NCBI GenBank assembly: GCA_016748015.1
Contig: JAAOMT010000718.1
Span: 124,001 to 188,000 of the forward strand
DNA: 64,000 nucleotides
Reading direction: 5' to 3'
Origin: Geosiphon pyriformis uo1
Lineage: Eukaryota > Fungi > Glomeromycota
In this document: piece by piece, positions 49,160 to 63,563 of the stretch
Layout: each line of letters begins with the position of its first letter
How positions within the stretch are numbered: position 1 is the stretch's first letter
Program-made: the position numbers and the translations under genes
The notes under the pieces: model-generated
What the model was told of the DNA's origin: nothing
Databases searched by the model: none
What the model saw: only the letters and a program-made list of their open reading frames with translations

Positions 49160-50207
49160 GCCGCCTCATTGATCCTACTAACCCAATTATGATTTTGAGG
49201 CATTCTTTTTCTACATTCTTTTTAACAATAACCCAAAGGTTTTCTATTGGGTTTAAGTCGGGACTATTAGATGACCACCCCAACAATTCAGTTGTATTCT
49301 CAACAATAAATTCTTTGGCAAGCTTGCTAGTATGCTTGGGGTCATTATCTTGTTGGAATCGCCCAATTATTCCCCAGCATTGCTCTAATTTCAGGTAAGT
49401 GGTTACGAAGAATATTTATATAAAATTAAGCATTCATTATTTGAACAAAACAGAATAAATTAGTTTTTCCTTTTTTGTAGAAACCCCTCCACATGAGAAT
49501 TTTTGTTCGATCTTTAGGCATAGGACGAATTGGTCGAGTATCTTTATGCCAACGTTTTACCATGCTTTGAAAAAGTTGAAAAGATATTTCGTTAGTAAAA
49601 ACTGTTCTTTTCCAATCGTCGTTCAGGTGTTTTTTGGCCCATTCTAAATGTTTTCACTTATGCTCTTCGGTCAGTATTGGAGTTGCTCTAGGAAGACTTT
49701 TTTTTATAATTAAGATTGGATAAATGGTTTACATAGTAACATGAGAAATATTTATTCTCTTCTTAGCCAACTTTATTGCTAAATATCTGGACGAAACGGA
49801 AAAATCTCTACGAATAATCTGTCTTTAATACTTTCGAAGCATTTCCCGTAATTTTTTTTGGGCGATCATTACCATTCGCATGCTTTATTGTTCCTTTTTA
49901 TTTTTTGAGTTTTTCGAGGATATTATAAATTGTAGAAAGGGGTATATTCATTTTATTCTGTATTTCTTTCGCCTTTCGTATTCCTTGCTTCCAAAAATGT
50001 AATACGACTTGCCATTGCGTTTCTTGCTTTGAAGTTTTCATTTTAAAGACAAGTTTTAAAAAAAACTATTAGTTAATACACAAAAAAATGTTTTTAGAGC
50101 CTAATATTCTGTTTCCATTTTTACTGTTACAAAACTTACCAAAAATGGTTAAACCAAATGCAATCTTAGTAGATTCATATTTTTCCAATTTTTTTCTTAC
50201 CAGACTG
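49160..50207 (-). mobile_element. Tc1-family DD34E DNA transposon relic (one end retained)
   Basis: Minus strand: ATG at 50041, HTH region, WKRTVFTNE, FQQDNDPKHTS...WSSNSPDLNPIENLW (34 residues between D and E). TA|CAGT terminus at 50209-50204. Frameshifted; the other TIR was not found. Confidence 0.9.
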
Positions 50208-51479
50208 TATGAAGACTTTTAATGAATACCTATAGCTTATATTATCTGTAAACAGATGTGACTAACATTAAATAACCAAATTAAAAATAGACAGATAGTT
50301 TTATTTATAATAATAACATGTTTAATATAGGATTATGCCTATATAAAAACATTAATATAAAATTAATTTACATTAAATTTATCATAAAACCCAAGAATTA
50401 CAACATTATTAGAAAAATTTTAAGAAGAAACTTTTTAAAAATATTTAAATAAAGAGAAATTTACTTATAAAATTTATTAAAAAAAATAATATATAATAAA
50501 CCAAAAAAGAAATAAAAACTTTAATTGTTAATATAATTAATATTATAAAAAATAAACAGTTTTATTTAATAATAATTAATATTATTAAATTTTTATTTGA
50601 TTTTTTTTTATCAAATAGATAAATTTTTTTAAAGTACATAATTACTTAAGTTAATTAATTATAATTATTATTTTTTTACTTAATAATTATTTAATTAAAT
50701 TTATACTAAAACAAAAAAAAATTATTAATGTTTTTTAAATAATTAAAAATTTGTTGTAATTTAATTTTATTATTATTATATAAAATAATAAATAATAATT
50801 TAAATTTAAACAAAAAATGATTTTCTTTTAATAAAAACATTTTTTTATATTATTAAGAAATTTACAATTAAAATTTTTGTAAAAAAGTTAATTTTTACAA
50901 TAAAATAATTAATATTATTAAAAAATTTACAATTAAAAATTTTTGCAAAAGATTTAATTTTATTGTAAAATAATTATATATAATAATTAACATAAAATTG
51001 GTTATTTTAATAATATAAATAATTAAAACTTAGAAAATAAATTAGTAAATTAAAATTTTAATAATTTTTATTAACAATAAAATTAATAATAATTTAGTAT
51101 TAACAATATTAAAAAAAATAATTAAAATTTTTAATAACAATATTATATAATTTCAAACCAAATATTTTAAATTTTAATACTTAAAATAATATTAATAATT
51201 AAAAGAAAACTTTTTTTTTTCTTTGTTCCAAATTTCCAAAAAAAAGTTATAAAGTTTTTGAAAGAAGTTTTTAATTATTTAGTATAATAAATTTAAATTG
51301 TTTTTGCTTTATTATGAGACTATTATTGACTTTAGTATTACTGTCTTAAAAAAGTTTGTTAAAAACTCTGGCCCAATTATGAATACTAAACCTGTATTAT
51401 CAAGAAAAAAAAAAGAAATGATGTCTTAAAGAACATTGTTGGTGTTAAAAAAGTTTTTAATAGAGAATTAAGTAATTGT

Positions 51480-52110
51480 TCTTCTTGCTATTTTCCAGAT
51501 TTTGTTTTTATTATGTAAATAACTATTCAAATATGAGAGTATTCAGTTCTATGCAGTATTAAAAAATATTTCTTTGCTTATTTAGTTACTTATAAAAATT
51601 GTGTATTGGTATAATATATTGTATATTTTTCTATAATTAGAAATGTTATTTCATATTTTTTTATTAAGTAGCATTTTTTCACAACCAAAACATGATTTAT
51701 TGTCTCACTTTTTTTGTTATTTTGAATATCTAAAGCATTTTTTGTGACATGTTTTACAATAATAACAGGTATGTGTTTTATAATCTTTTTTGATCAAGAT
51801 CTAAGCTCTTATAGATAAAATCTTTTTCTTGTAGTCTTTGTATTTAAGTAAGATATAAGGTAGTTGTTTTTTTAGTTTTGGAATTAAATATAATATATGC
51901 TAACTGCTAACTGTTTTTTTAGTAGCAATAATGATTTGAAGTTTATTTTTTTCCTTTTTTTTCTTTTTTTCTTCTTAGGAAAGTATTAGTAATAGTTTGT
52001 TGTAATTATTTTCAGCTCACAAAATTTAATAAACTTTCCAGATAGATTTTTTTTCTTCTAGCTTAATCAATAGTTGTTTTTTTGAAAAAGTTCTAAAGTA
52101 ACTACAGATA
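51480..52110 (-). mobile_element. Highly decayed relic of a related Gypsy pol (post-protease/Cys-rich region)
   Basis: Minus translation LLIKLEEKKSIWKVY..PYILLKYKDYKKK..THTCYYCKTCHKK..DNKSCFGCEK aligns with A (LLIELEEEKEKPT) and B (PYIPLKCKDCHKK..HTCYYCKAYHRK..DNTSCLTCG). Confidence 0.8.
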
Positions 52111-53430
52111 AAGTTTTAATGTTTGGTCTAGTTTAGTTCAAGTTCAATTAAATAATTGAACTGAACCAAATTCAAACAAAAAATTTGCCAAAATTTTGAA
52201 CTTAAATTCAAATTAAACTTAAAATTACTAAACTTGAACTGAACCTAAACACATACAATAAGTTTGGTTTAAGTTTAGTTTAAAATTTATGAACATATTT
52301 AGACTTAACTATTAAAAACATTATATTATATTATAATTATTTAATTTTTTTTAATGGTTTCTGTATTTATAATCGAAAATATTATAATGTTCTTATAGTT
52401 TTAAGCACTAAGCAAAATCTCATATTTGTAATCATATTTTCACCTACAAAAAAAGTGTATTCAAAAACAACAAATGATTCTTGAATTGCCAAATAATTAA
52501 AAACTATATATATAAGACAAAAAAATTGTGTTTAATATACCTAAATATTAAATTATTAATAAAATGTTAATTCAAATAAATATTTTTTGTAATATATCTT
52601 CTATTATGCTATTATATTTATTTTCTTATTGGCCAATTTTTTAGAAATATAATAATTAATTTTGTTAAGTTTTTTTTCCTTATTATTATTAAAATCTATT
52701 TTTAATATAAATTGTATAACTAATGCTATAATATTATTAAAATTGTCATTCAACAAAAAACTGTTATTTAATATTAATATAATATCCAGTATATACTCTA
52801 TTTCAAAGAAAGTATATATTTTAAAAGTTTTATTTATTGTATAAAAGTTGGAAAATAAAATTATTTAAATAAATTAATAACTTACAATTCTTTTATTTTA
52901 TTAAAATTGTCATTCAAAAAATTTTTTTTTGTAAAATAATAAAATTTTCTCCTTAGATCCAATATAATTCAAAGTATTACAGTTGTATATATTTTAAAGT
53001 AATATTTAACCAATTTTTTTCTTGCTGTTTTAGCCATTATAACAAGTAATAAATCTAATATTAAATGTATTAAATAAATAACTAAATAAATACAATTGAG
53101 ATTATAATGTTTTATCAGATTTATTATTATTAACTGTGTTTTTGACATAATTAAAAATGATATTAAAGAGAAAAATAATCAAGAAAGCAGTATTATTTAA
53201 ACTGACTAATATTTTAATTATAATATCTTTAAATAGTTTAAGAAATTTAGCAATTTTATCAAAAACAGCTTACTAATTATGTAAAATAACATATTAATAG
53301 AAGTTAATATAAGTGCTAATAAGGATGTTTAATGCCTATAAATTTACAGTTAGAATTTTTGTATTTAAAATATACAGAATCAGAAATAAACAACTTGTTA
53401 ATTTAAAAAATAACCCATTTTTGATCATGT

Positions 53431-54298
53431 TGTTACAGGTGATTATTTCTGCTGTTGAATTAAATAACAAATCCATAACTTGGTGCTCAAAGCTACTTCC
53501 GTGGATAAGGTTCTGTAAGTGTTGTATCTGAAGGTTTTAATGGAGTCCTTTGTATAATGGACAAAGATTCAATAGTGTCAATAGTAGATGTATTTTTCCA
53601 AGAGTTTTCCCAATTTTTTTCTCAGCATAGTGGCCAGATTTAGTCTGGCAGTCGTGCTCTTCTGGTAAGCTATCCGATAATATATAAAATTCTATCCTTA
53701 TTTTTGGGTCTTTTACTAGGCTATCTTTGACATCAATAACTCAGTGCTTAATTTTTTAATCAATAGTATACAACAACAAAATCAAAAAAAAGAAAATAAA
53801 ATAAAGAAAATAAAATAAAAAAAATAGAGAAAATAAGCCAAGGCAATTTGGTACGTTAGTATTTTATCAATAGCTGTGATCAAGAGCTATTGTTCCAGCG
53901 TGGTTAAGTATCAATTACTATCAACATGAAGTGTTGATAGTGAAGAGTGGTTTTGAGATATGAAATATTGATTTATTTAATGATTTATGTTCTGAGTTAA
54001 GGATTCTGTTGTATCAATTCTGTCTTTTCTGTTTCTAACACTACTGTTATATATACATAATTAAGATTTCTCAATTCCTCAATTCTTTACAACAGAAATC
54101 CTGGAATTTCTGTAATCCTGCGATTCCTATGAGAGGAATTCTGGAATTCTGGAATCCTGCAATCTCTTGTTGGGGAATCCTGAAATTCCTGGAATCCTGC
54201 AATTCCTGAAAAGAATCCTGAAATTCCACATTTACTATGTCTACTTCTGATTGGCTAATAATTATGCTAATATATTTCCTATATTTCTATAAGTAACA
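53431..54298 (-). repeat. 3' LTR of Gypsy C (868 bp)
   Basis: Direct repeat of 62709-63563; similar to the A LTRs. Confidence 0.95.
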
Positions 54299-54311
54299 TT
54301 ATTCCCTCCTT

Positions 54312-54941
54312 TTAATATTGAGCTCTGTCAAAATTCAACTCATTTAATTCCTCCTCTTGAAGTATTTTCTGGATTTTGTTTTTGAGAATTACTTGTGTTA
54401 TTTGGGTCTGTAATTCTTTAAATTGAGTATTAGTGATCTTTCCCAATTGATTACTGGTAACCATATCTATTGCTTTGCTATGCAATATTTCTGGTCTATC
54501 CTGAAATGCTGTGTGTATTCAGTATATGGCTTGGACCTGTGTGATTAAGTTGTTCTTTCTCACAAAATGTTCTAATTGTTGTAGTATTCTTTTGTTAAAT
54601 AATTGCTTTGTTTTATCTGTATATAGATTCTAAATATTTATGTGTTGCCCCAAGTAAAAGTAACAATAATTTCTTGAAAATTGTTGTATCCACCAATTCC
54701 AAGTTTCTTTAGTCAGCTCTTAATATAGTGCCTCTTTTGTTGACTCTTTTATTGCTAATTTTACTTTCGCAATGATTTTGTCCACCATATTTTCAGTTTT
54801 CTTCTTTGTTCTGAGTTGTAATGTCTTTTTAATATCTTGATATCAAATGGTTTGTTGATTGATTGTAATCTCTATTTCCTGGTGTTGGATCAATTGAAAA
54901 AGTTGTTGTGCTAGTGAGTGAATATTGTCTGTAATTTCTAT
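54312..54941 (-). pseudogene. Gypsy C ORF3
   Basis: 630 nt, colinear with A 2014-2643; start codon decayed ATG>ATA. Confidence 0.8.
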
Positions 54942-54995
54942 TTTTCTGATATTTCCTGTCGTGTCTACCATGTCTTTATATATTCTTTTGCTGAA

Positions 54996-56378
54996 TCAAT
55001 TTAACGTGTTGTTGTTGATAATAATGATTGGTTTCAAATCTTGTGGAATCTTATCTGGTTGAACTAGTATTCTTTGTACTCCTAATTGGGGAATATTACT
55101 GGTAGATGGTAGTGTGATGTTGTGATATGGTTTCAGTCGATCTCCATGTGCCACTTTGGTTAAAATTTTGTTATCCAATCTTAATTTGTAAGCTCCATTT
55201 CCTAGAATTTTTTCTATGTAAAATGGTTTGTCCCATATAGGGTTAAATTTTCCACTCCATTGTTTTTCCGCTTTGGTATGATGTAGTAATACTTTGTCTC
55301 CAATCTTGAATTCAACTGGTTTGTCTGGTAGTTGACTATTATGTCTTTCTTTCTGTTTTTCTTGTGACTTTTGAATATTATTAGCTGCTCTTTTTCATTT
55401 GTTTTCCAATGTTTCCATTAAGTCATATGTTCTTCTCAGCAATGTTTCTTGAAAATTTTCTTCTGTTATTGGTTCAGCTGGATATGTATTAATTTTTCTC
55501 TTTACTGATAACATTGCTGTTCTCCTATACACTAATTCAAATGGTGTTGCTTGTGTAGTATCTTGTTTTATTATCCGATAAGCAAATAATACTGATGGTA
55601 TGAACAAATCCCAATCATTCTGGTTTTCTTGGCTGAGCTTAGCTATTGCTTCACACAATGTTCTGTTGAATCTTTCTACTAATCCGTTGGTTTGTGGATG
55701 GTATGGTAATGATAATGGTCTCTTAATTCCGAATCTTTGGCTCAATTCTGTTAATGTTCTGTTCACAAAATGAGTTTTTTAGTCTGATAATAGTTCTTTT
55801 GGACATCCATGTTGACAAATCAAATCCTGATGAATGAATTTGGCAACGGATTCTGCATCTGCTCTTTGAATTGCTTTCGCCTCTGGCCATTTAGTGAGAT
55901 AGTCTATAGCTACTGCTATGTATCTGTTTCCTCTGCTGGTGATTGTTAATGGTCCAACTAAATCAATTCCAATACAGTCAAATAGTTGTCCCACTTTGAT
56001 TGGTCTTAACGGTTCACTGGGTTTCATACCTCCTCTTCGCTGACAGGCATTACAATTTTGAACATATTGGATGATGTCTGGATATATTGATGGCCAATAG
56101 TATCTTTTTCTGGTTCTTTCTATGGTTACTTCTTTATAAAAATGTTTTGCTGTTGGATTTGAGTGCATGTTGAATAATATTGTCTCTTTTTCTGGCTCTG
56201 TAATCACTCTGGTTGGTTGATCTGGATCTTTTCTATTTTTCCAATAAAGTATATTTTGGTGAGTAATAAAATATTTTGATTGTTGTTTGATACTTTTTCG
56301 TTCTGTTTGAGATAACTTCTCCTTGAACTGTTGAGTGTTTATATAATGTTGAAGTTGTTGATATTTTTGTATGTTCAT
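54996..56378 (-). pseudogene. Gypsy C integrase (separate ORF starting MNIQKYQQL)
   Basis: ORF pieces 55779-56378, 55395-55766 and 54996-55178. Confidence 0.92.
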
Positions 56379-56439
56379 CTTTTATTATATTTTTTGTTGG
56401 TATTGTTCTGGTTTTGTTATTTTTTGTGTTAAAATGTTC

Positions 56440-59400
56440 TTAGATTTGTCTCATTTATGACAAACTATCAGCATTTCCGTTGTCTTTTCCTTTCTTATAG
56501 TGTATAGTATAAGTATATTGTGATAATACCATTTTCCATCTGGATTGGTGGCCATCATCAAATTTTTGCTTTTGAAGTGATGTTAATTTTTTATGATCTG
56601 TGTATATATCAAACTTTTGGCTCAAGTATTCATTCCACTTTATGACTGCCCAATAGATTGCTAAATGTTCTAATTCGGGTGTTCCATAGTTCTTTTCGGC
56701 TGGTGTTAAACCTCAGCTGGCATATGCTACTGGATGTTCTTTGCCATCTGGTCCCTTCTGAGATAGTACTGCTCCCAATGCTTGACCAGATGCATTGGTG
56801 GTGATAATGAATGGTTTGTTGTGATCTGTGTAGATCAGTACTAGAGCTTGAATGAGCTTTCTTTTCAGAATATCAAAAGCTTTTTGTTGATTTTTTATCC
56901 ATTCATATTTGGTATTTTTGGTTTGCAGATTATTGAGCAGTTGAACTATTTTTGAAAAGTTCTTTATAAAGTGTCGATAGTAGCTTGCAAATCCCAAGAA
57001 TAATTTCAATTTAATCACATTGGTTGGTATTGGAAAGTTCTTTACTATCTCTATTTTCTCTGGATCTGTTTTGATGCTGTCTTTGCTGACTATGTGTCCC
57101 AAGAATTTTAGTTCTGTCTTGCCAAAGAAGCACTTTGTTGCATTTAACTTTAGTCCTGCTCTTCTCAGTCTTTCGAACATTTGTTGAAGATGATAAAGAT
57201 GATCATCAAATGTTTTTGAGAATACATTGGTGTCGTCCAAGTATACAACTACTGATTTCCATAATAAGCCAGTATAAACAATTTCTATTAGCCATTGAAA
57301 AGTGGCTGGTGTATTGGTTAAACCAAATAGCATTACTTCAAATTCAAAATTCTCTTCTCTCATGGTGAATGCCGTCTTCTCTTTGTCAGCTGGATTCATG
57401 GCTACTTGTTAGTAACCACTGTCCAAATCTAATGTTGAGAACCATTTGTTTTTACCAAAAGCATTGAATAGTTTTTGTATTCGTGGAGTTGGATAGCTGT
57501 TTCCACGAGTTACACTATTTAGTTTTCTGTAGTCTACACAAAATCAGATCTTTCTATTTTTCTTTTGGACAAGTACTACTGGTGATGACCATGGGCTCAT
57601 TAATGGCTGAATTAACCCATTGTCAAGCATCTGGTTGATTTTTTGATGGATGATTTCATGGCTGGCTGGTGGTACTCTGTATGCTTACTGTTTGATGGGT
57701 ATTACATCTCCAGTATTGATCTGATGCTAGATAATATCAGTTTAGCCAAACTCATTTTTGCTGGCAAAGATGTCATTGAACTGGTTGAGCAACATCTTGA
57801 GTTGCATATGTTGGAGTGGATCTAAGTTTCTCATGTTCATTTGTTCCAATTGTTTTGGTTGGAGCAAATAACATTCACTTCGTCCATATATTGTTTGTGA
57901 TGTGATATCAACATATCCACAAAGTTGTGGAAAGTCTGAAATGGAGTTTGGTGGTTGATCCTCCATTTCAGTAGTTAAGTATTCAATAATGATTTCGGTG
58001 GGTATTTCTATGACATTTCCTGTATTGTTGTAGATGGAAATTTTGATATGGCTGTAATCTTTGGCTGGTATGTGGAGATTGATGAGTCCAACTTCTCCTA
58101 ATTCAAAAAGACTGGCTTTTGCTTCAAAAATTTGTGCTTGGTCTTTTTCCTTCTTTTCTATTGCTAGCATATACTGGTTATATGGTGAAATAGAAATAGC
58201 TTGACCAGTTGAGATAATTTCTTCTTGGCCAACAATTTTTTCCTCCACCATATTAACTGGTATATCTATTCTACCTATTGATCTGAATCCTTGTATTCCT
58301 TTCACTGTTATTCCTAATTTCTTTCTCTTTCTTACTGATACTAACTAAGCTATTCTAACCAGAAGCAGGAATATTGCCTGTGCTATCTTTTTGTTGGGCT
58401 CTATTATATAGGCCTTTTCTGAGTTATTTTGTAGTATAGCGATGATATTTCCTACATATTCTGTGTCAATTATTCCTCCTCTTATATTAATCCCTCTTTT
58501 TGCTAAACTACTTCTGGATGCTAATTGAACCATTGTTGTTGCCAGAATTTCTAGTGCTACTTTCAGATCAATGCAGGTGCATGAATGTGGTTCCAATTTG
58601 ATGGCTTCTGTTCCCGGATATCTCAGATCAAATTCTGCATCAGTATTGTGCACGCATTCTGGCATAATACCTTCATTATTATCGCTAAACTATTTCAGTT
58701 CTTGTTTCTTGGTGAGGTCAGAAAGCACAATATATTGTTCATAGCTTGAGTCAGAGTTTGAATCTGAGTTGATATCATTGTCATTGTTATTGCCATTTTA
58801 AATGGAACTGGAACTATTATTCTTGTTGTCATCGTTGTCGGGGTTTGAATCAGGATCGAGTGGCAATTCCGACTTCGATGCGCAGCTGCTGATTGGTTCT
58901 TCCTCTTCTGGGATTGTGTAGATCATGCATGATGGTGGATTGTAAATGAGGTCACAATTGTTACAATATTCAAAGTCACTGGGAATTAAACAATGGCGAC
59001 ACAGGCTTGTATTCAACTGTGCTAGTCATTGTTTTTGTTCCTCTCTAGTGGGTGCCAAGTTTTGGTAGTATTCATGGAACTTTTCTGGTTCCAAAAAATT
59101 TATGACTGGTTTTGCATCCCAGTTAAGCTCAATGGGTTTTGGTGGATTGTTTTTAATTGTCCTAATTTCTTCTGGCGACATGTCTTCAATTTTAGCGGTT
59201 GCCATCCACCATAATTCATTGTCATTGTGTGAACAACTGTCCAATCACTGTACAGCTCTTCTCCAGGTGGCTTCTATGAATGTTTCTTTCTCGACCCAGT
59301 TACTGATGAGAATCATGTATTGGCAGAACACATCGGATGTTCCTCCTCTCCCCAGAATGTCGTTCCACATTCTTTCATCTAGCAGGGTTTTCTCACAAAT

Positions 59401-62400
59401 GAAACAAGGTTGGTTATCCCATTTTCCTTGCCTCTTTGGTCATCCAAAGCATTCGAGTAAGCATGGATGACAGTAAAACTTTGTTGCGGTGTGGTATTCC
59501 TTATTGTCACTACAGCATGCACCCATTGACAACAGCTTCTTGCCACAATCAACGCATACAAGCCTTGGCCATCAATAATTAGATTGTTGTGGAGTGTAGT
59601 GGGTGTAGGAATTATAAATAGTGGTGGTTGGTAGTGTTCCTTCTTCTTTTTTTTTTCCTTTTCCCTTATCTTCGTTCTATTCCCAACTGGAAGTTTCTTC
59701 TTGTTCGTTGTCGGTCCAAGTCAGATTGTTGGTTTCCCAGGTAAGTTCAGTTGTCTGCTTTCTTTTCTCGTTGTTATCCCAAGAGAGTATTGGTGGCAGC
59801 TCATTGTGTTCTTCGTCAGCCCATGACACTTGGTAGGCTTCCCAGGTAGGTTTTGGTTTTTTTTCCTCAAAGTCAATTAATGGTGTTGTGGTGTTGGTAG
59901 CCTTGAAGTGGCCACACATTGCTGGTACACACGTGTGTTGCCCGTTCTGACTGAGTTGGAGCTCTTGTGTATTTCAATCCAGAGTGGCATTTGTCTTGGA
60001 CAGCCAGTCATTACCAACTAGAGCTTGGTATTGGGTGGCTTCCATAACGAGTACTTTGATTGGTACTATGATGCTGTTAATTTTGATTGGTAAGTCATCG
60101 ATTTCGCCGATTGGAGTCTTGGTCACTCTATTAGCCGTGATGATTCTGGTGCTAGCAGCTTGATCAACTCAGCGACCTAATTGATCCATGAGTTGTCATG
60201 TGATGATGCTGCCTACTAAACCACTGTCAAGAATTAGTTTGATATGATGTTCATCAATTTTTGCATCAGTGTACATGGCAGTAATTGGCTTTTCTTCCAG
60301 TGTAGCTCCACTAAATAATGGTGTGTTTGACAGTTTCTCAAGTTCGAATGGAAAAATGGCATCCAGTGATTCGTCGTTGATGACTGTTGCTGGTGGAATA
60401 TTGCTAGTATGTGTTTGTTGTTTTTGGGTGGGTTCCTGGTTGCTGGGTGAGGCATTTTTTGGGGTAACCAGGAGACTTAAATAGTTCTGAGAATTCGGGT
60501 TTTGGGGATTCCTGGTGCCTGAATTTCATTGACAAGATTCTGTTTGATTGAAGAAACTGGAGATTGGCTAATGAACTATCATCAACGATCTCCAGTTTTG
60601 CTGTGTGATTCTCGGCCTTTGGACTCCACTGGCCGGTAAGTTTTGTGGCAAAGTCTGAATCATTTGGGGTTGATAGATTGTTGGCGGTTGTGGTTGATAC
60701 ATTACCTGTGGCTGTTGCTGATAAATTGGGGCCATTGGTTGATAAATTGGCACTTGATATACTGGTGGTTGATAAATTGATTACTATGTTATTGGCAGGT
60801 AAGTAGTTTGATATTGTGTTGAGTTTGATTGATGATTCGGAGTTGAGAACTGGTAATCGAGTTTTTGATATTGATTTCCTGATCATTGATTATTTAAATG
60901 TTGGTGGCAGTCAATTTGAATATGTCCTTGTTTACCATAATAATGGCAGATATGTGTTTTTTGTTGCCACTGTTGATTGGTTGATGAAGATGGATGTGGT
61001 TAATTTTGGCCACGAGTAGAGCTTCCTTGATTGTTGTATTGTTGTGGAGGCTGATAAATGGCATGATTGTCAGTTAAGTATTCTTTTAATCTCTTATTAA
61101 TTGTTTCACTGAACTTCTCCAATTTGGAATCCAATTCAGATAATCCGTTCATTACTAGATTAATGACTTGGGCGTGGTTGGCCTCTGACTCCATGGATTC
61201 AAAATCTTTGGTGCATGTGACTGCATCTTGAAATGTGTCTGGATGCAATGGATGTACATATTGCAGGATGCTGTTGTGCAGACCACAGATAAACTGGTTA
61301 AGGATCTATGGTGCTGTGAAGTAGTTGGTGTCAATTGCTTGAATTTGGTGCAGATTTCGATAGAAGCATTCCAGATAAGTGGTGACTGCTTCAGTTTCTC
61401 TTTGTTTCATGGTGGTGAATGTGTTGACTAGGCAATTGATGCTGTTATTGTTGCTGAAGTATCTCAGGAATTCTACTTTGAAGGCATCAAAATCTTGTGG
61501 TTTATTAATCAAGCTCTGGTACCATGAATTAGCGGTATCCTTAAGAAAGTAGGGAATGGCTTGTATTACTTGGGCGTCATTCCATCTGTTGGCTGCAATA
61601 GTCTTTTCTATATTATTCAGCCATACTTGAGCATCATTCTCTTTGCCAGTAAAGTTGTCAAGTTTTGCAATTGGTGCATAGGCCATTGGATCTAAGTTGA
61701 GTGGTTGTGGTGGCTGTTGCTGGAGTTGTTGAAGAGGTAACAGTTGTTGGAGTGGTACTTGAGGTGGTTGAATTGGCTCACTGATAGGCTCAATTGGTGG
61801 TTGATCAATAACAATAACTGGAGGTAGGTTTTACTGATAAATTAACTCAGGGTTTTGATTTCTTTGATTTGGCGGAGTTTGAATATTCAGCATTTCAATT
61901 TCCAAATTTTCTAAATGTTGCTGAGTTTGAATGTTCAGGTTTTCTAGGATCAGATTTTGGTAATTAAATTCCTGATCCTCATCTTCTTTTTCTTTTGATT
62001 CAGTAATTTCTCAGGGACTGATGATTCTGAAATCTGGCTGATGAGGTGGTGATCGAAATCCTGATGGTGTTGGTAATCTTGATTTAAATCCTTCAAAATA
62101 ATTGCCATATGCTCCTAATAGTTTGTTTTTCTTTTGTTTACTCTGAAACGCAATTCTTGTTAGCAGTGTTTTTGTACTAGTGGATGCATCTGCTGATGCG
62201 ATGTTAATGGTACTTCTTGGTGTGTGATAGTATGATAGATATATTGGAGATTCAATTCTTTGTTTCTTCCAGTTAAGAATTTGTATTCCTTTGGGTGTTA
62301 CTGCTGGTGTCTGTAGTCTTCTCTTGCCCTTGTCCTGATAAGTAATAGGGAATGTCCTTTGTGTATATCTTTTAATTTCTTGGTTGATTTCTCTGATGAT

Positions 62401-62680
62401 GAGTGCAAAGCTGTGATTTCTTGGTAAGTTGGTGTGTTGGATTAGTTCCGAATAGAAATTTTCTCTTGCTAATTCAATGTCAACTGGTCTTCCTAAGAAA
62501 TCGGTAATTCTTTCATTGACATAGAAGTTGAAAGCTGATTCTGCTGGGTAATAGTTGTTGTTTAGGCCTAGCTGCTGGCTGTACTGTTAAAATAAGGATT
62601 TTGTGAATCCTAGATGGTTTGTCCCTATTATTTCTGATTCTGCCACTTTTGGTTTGGTGTTGTTGGTGCTGGTTCTCTGT
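56440..62680 (-). pseudogene. Gypsy C gag-PR-Cys-rich-dUTPase-RT-RNase H polyprotein
   Basis: ORF pieces starting at 61686, 61248, 60753, 59919, 59244, 59016, 58665, 58305 and 57399 share one frame. Ends MRQI-TAA at 56440. Confidence 0.93.
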
Positions 62681-62708
62681 AGGATTATATCTCACAGGGA
62701 GCACCAAA

Positions 62709-63563
62709 TGTTATAGATAATTATTTCTGCTATTGAATTAAATAACAAACCTGTAACTTGGTGCTCAAAGCTACTTCCATGAATGAAGTTCTGTAAGTAT
62801 TGTATCTGAAGATTTTAATGGAGTCCTTTGTATAATGGATAAAGATTCAATAGTGTCGATAGTAAATGTATCTTTTCAAGAGTTTTTCCAATTTTTTTCT
62901 CAGCATGGTGGCTGGATTTAGTCTGGCAGTTGTGCCCTTCTGGTAAGCTATCCGATAATATATAAAATCCTACTCTTATTTCTGGGTCTTTTACCAGGCT
63001 ATCCTTGACATTAATAACTTAGTGCTTAATCTTTTAATCAATTAGTATACAACAACAAAATCAAAAGAAAGAAAATAAAATAAAGAAAATAAAATAAAGA
63101 AAATAGAGAAAATAAGCCAAGGCAATTTGGTATGTTAGTATTTTATTAATAGCCATGATCAAGAGCTATTGTTCCAGCGTGGTTAAGTATCAATTACTAT
63201 CAACATGAAGTGTTGATAGTGGAGAGTGGTTTTGAGATATGAAATATTGATTTATTTGATGATTTGTGTTCTGGGCTAAAAATTCTGTTTTTTTTGTTTC
63301 TAATACTACTGTTATATATACATAATTAAGATTCCTCAATTCCTCAATTCTTTATGACAGGAATCCTGGAATTTCTGTAATCCTGCAATTCCTATGAGAG
63401 GAATCCTGAAATTCTGGAATTCTGCAATCCCTTATCGGGAAATCCTGAAATTCTTGGAATCTTGTAATTCCTGAAAGGAATCCTGGAATTCCATATTTAC
63501 TATGCCTATTTCTGATTGACTAATAATCATGCTAATATATTTCCTATATTTCTATGAGTAACA
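62709..63563 (-). repeat. 5' LTR of Gypsy C (855 bp)
   Basis: Direct repeat of 53431-54298; adjacent to the PBS. Confidence 0.95.

Larger units (their letters stand above)
53431..63563 (-). mobile_element. Ty3/Gypsy LTR retrotransposon C (same family as A)
   Basis: LTRs 53431-54298 and 62709-63563. Perfect TSD ATGT (53427-53430 / 63564-63567). PBS 62690-62706, PPT, and the same domain order as A. Confidence 0.96.

Noticed and set aside
51310-51470. Possible 5' end of another LINE ORF1 (KPVLSRKKK)
   Set aside because: Too short and eroded, and not alignable to the LINE in this window.
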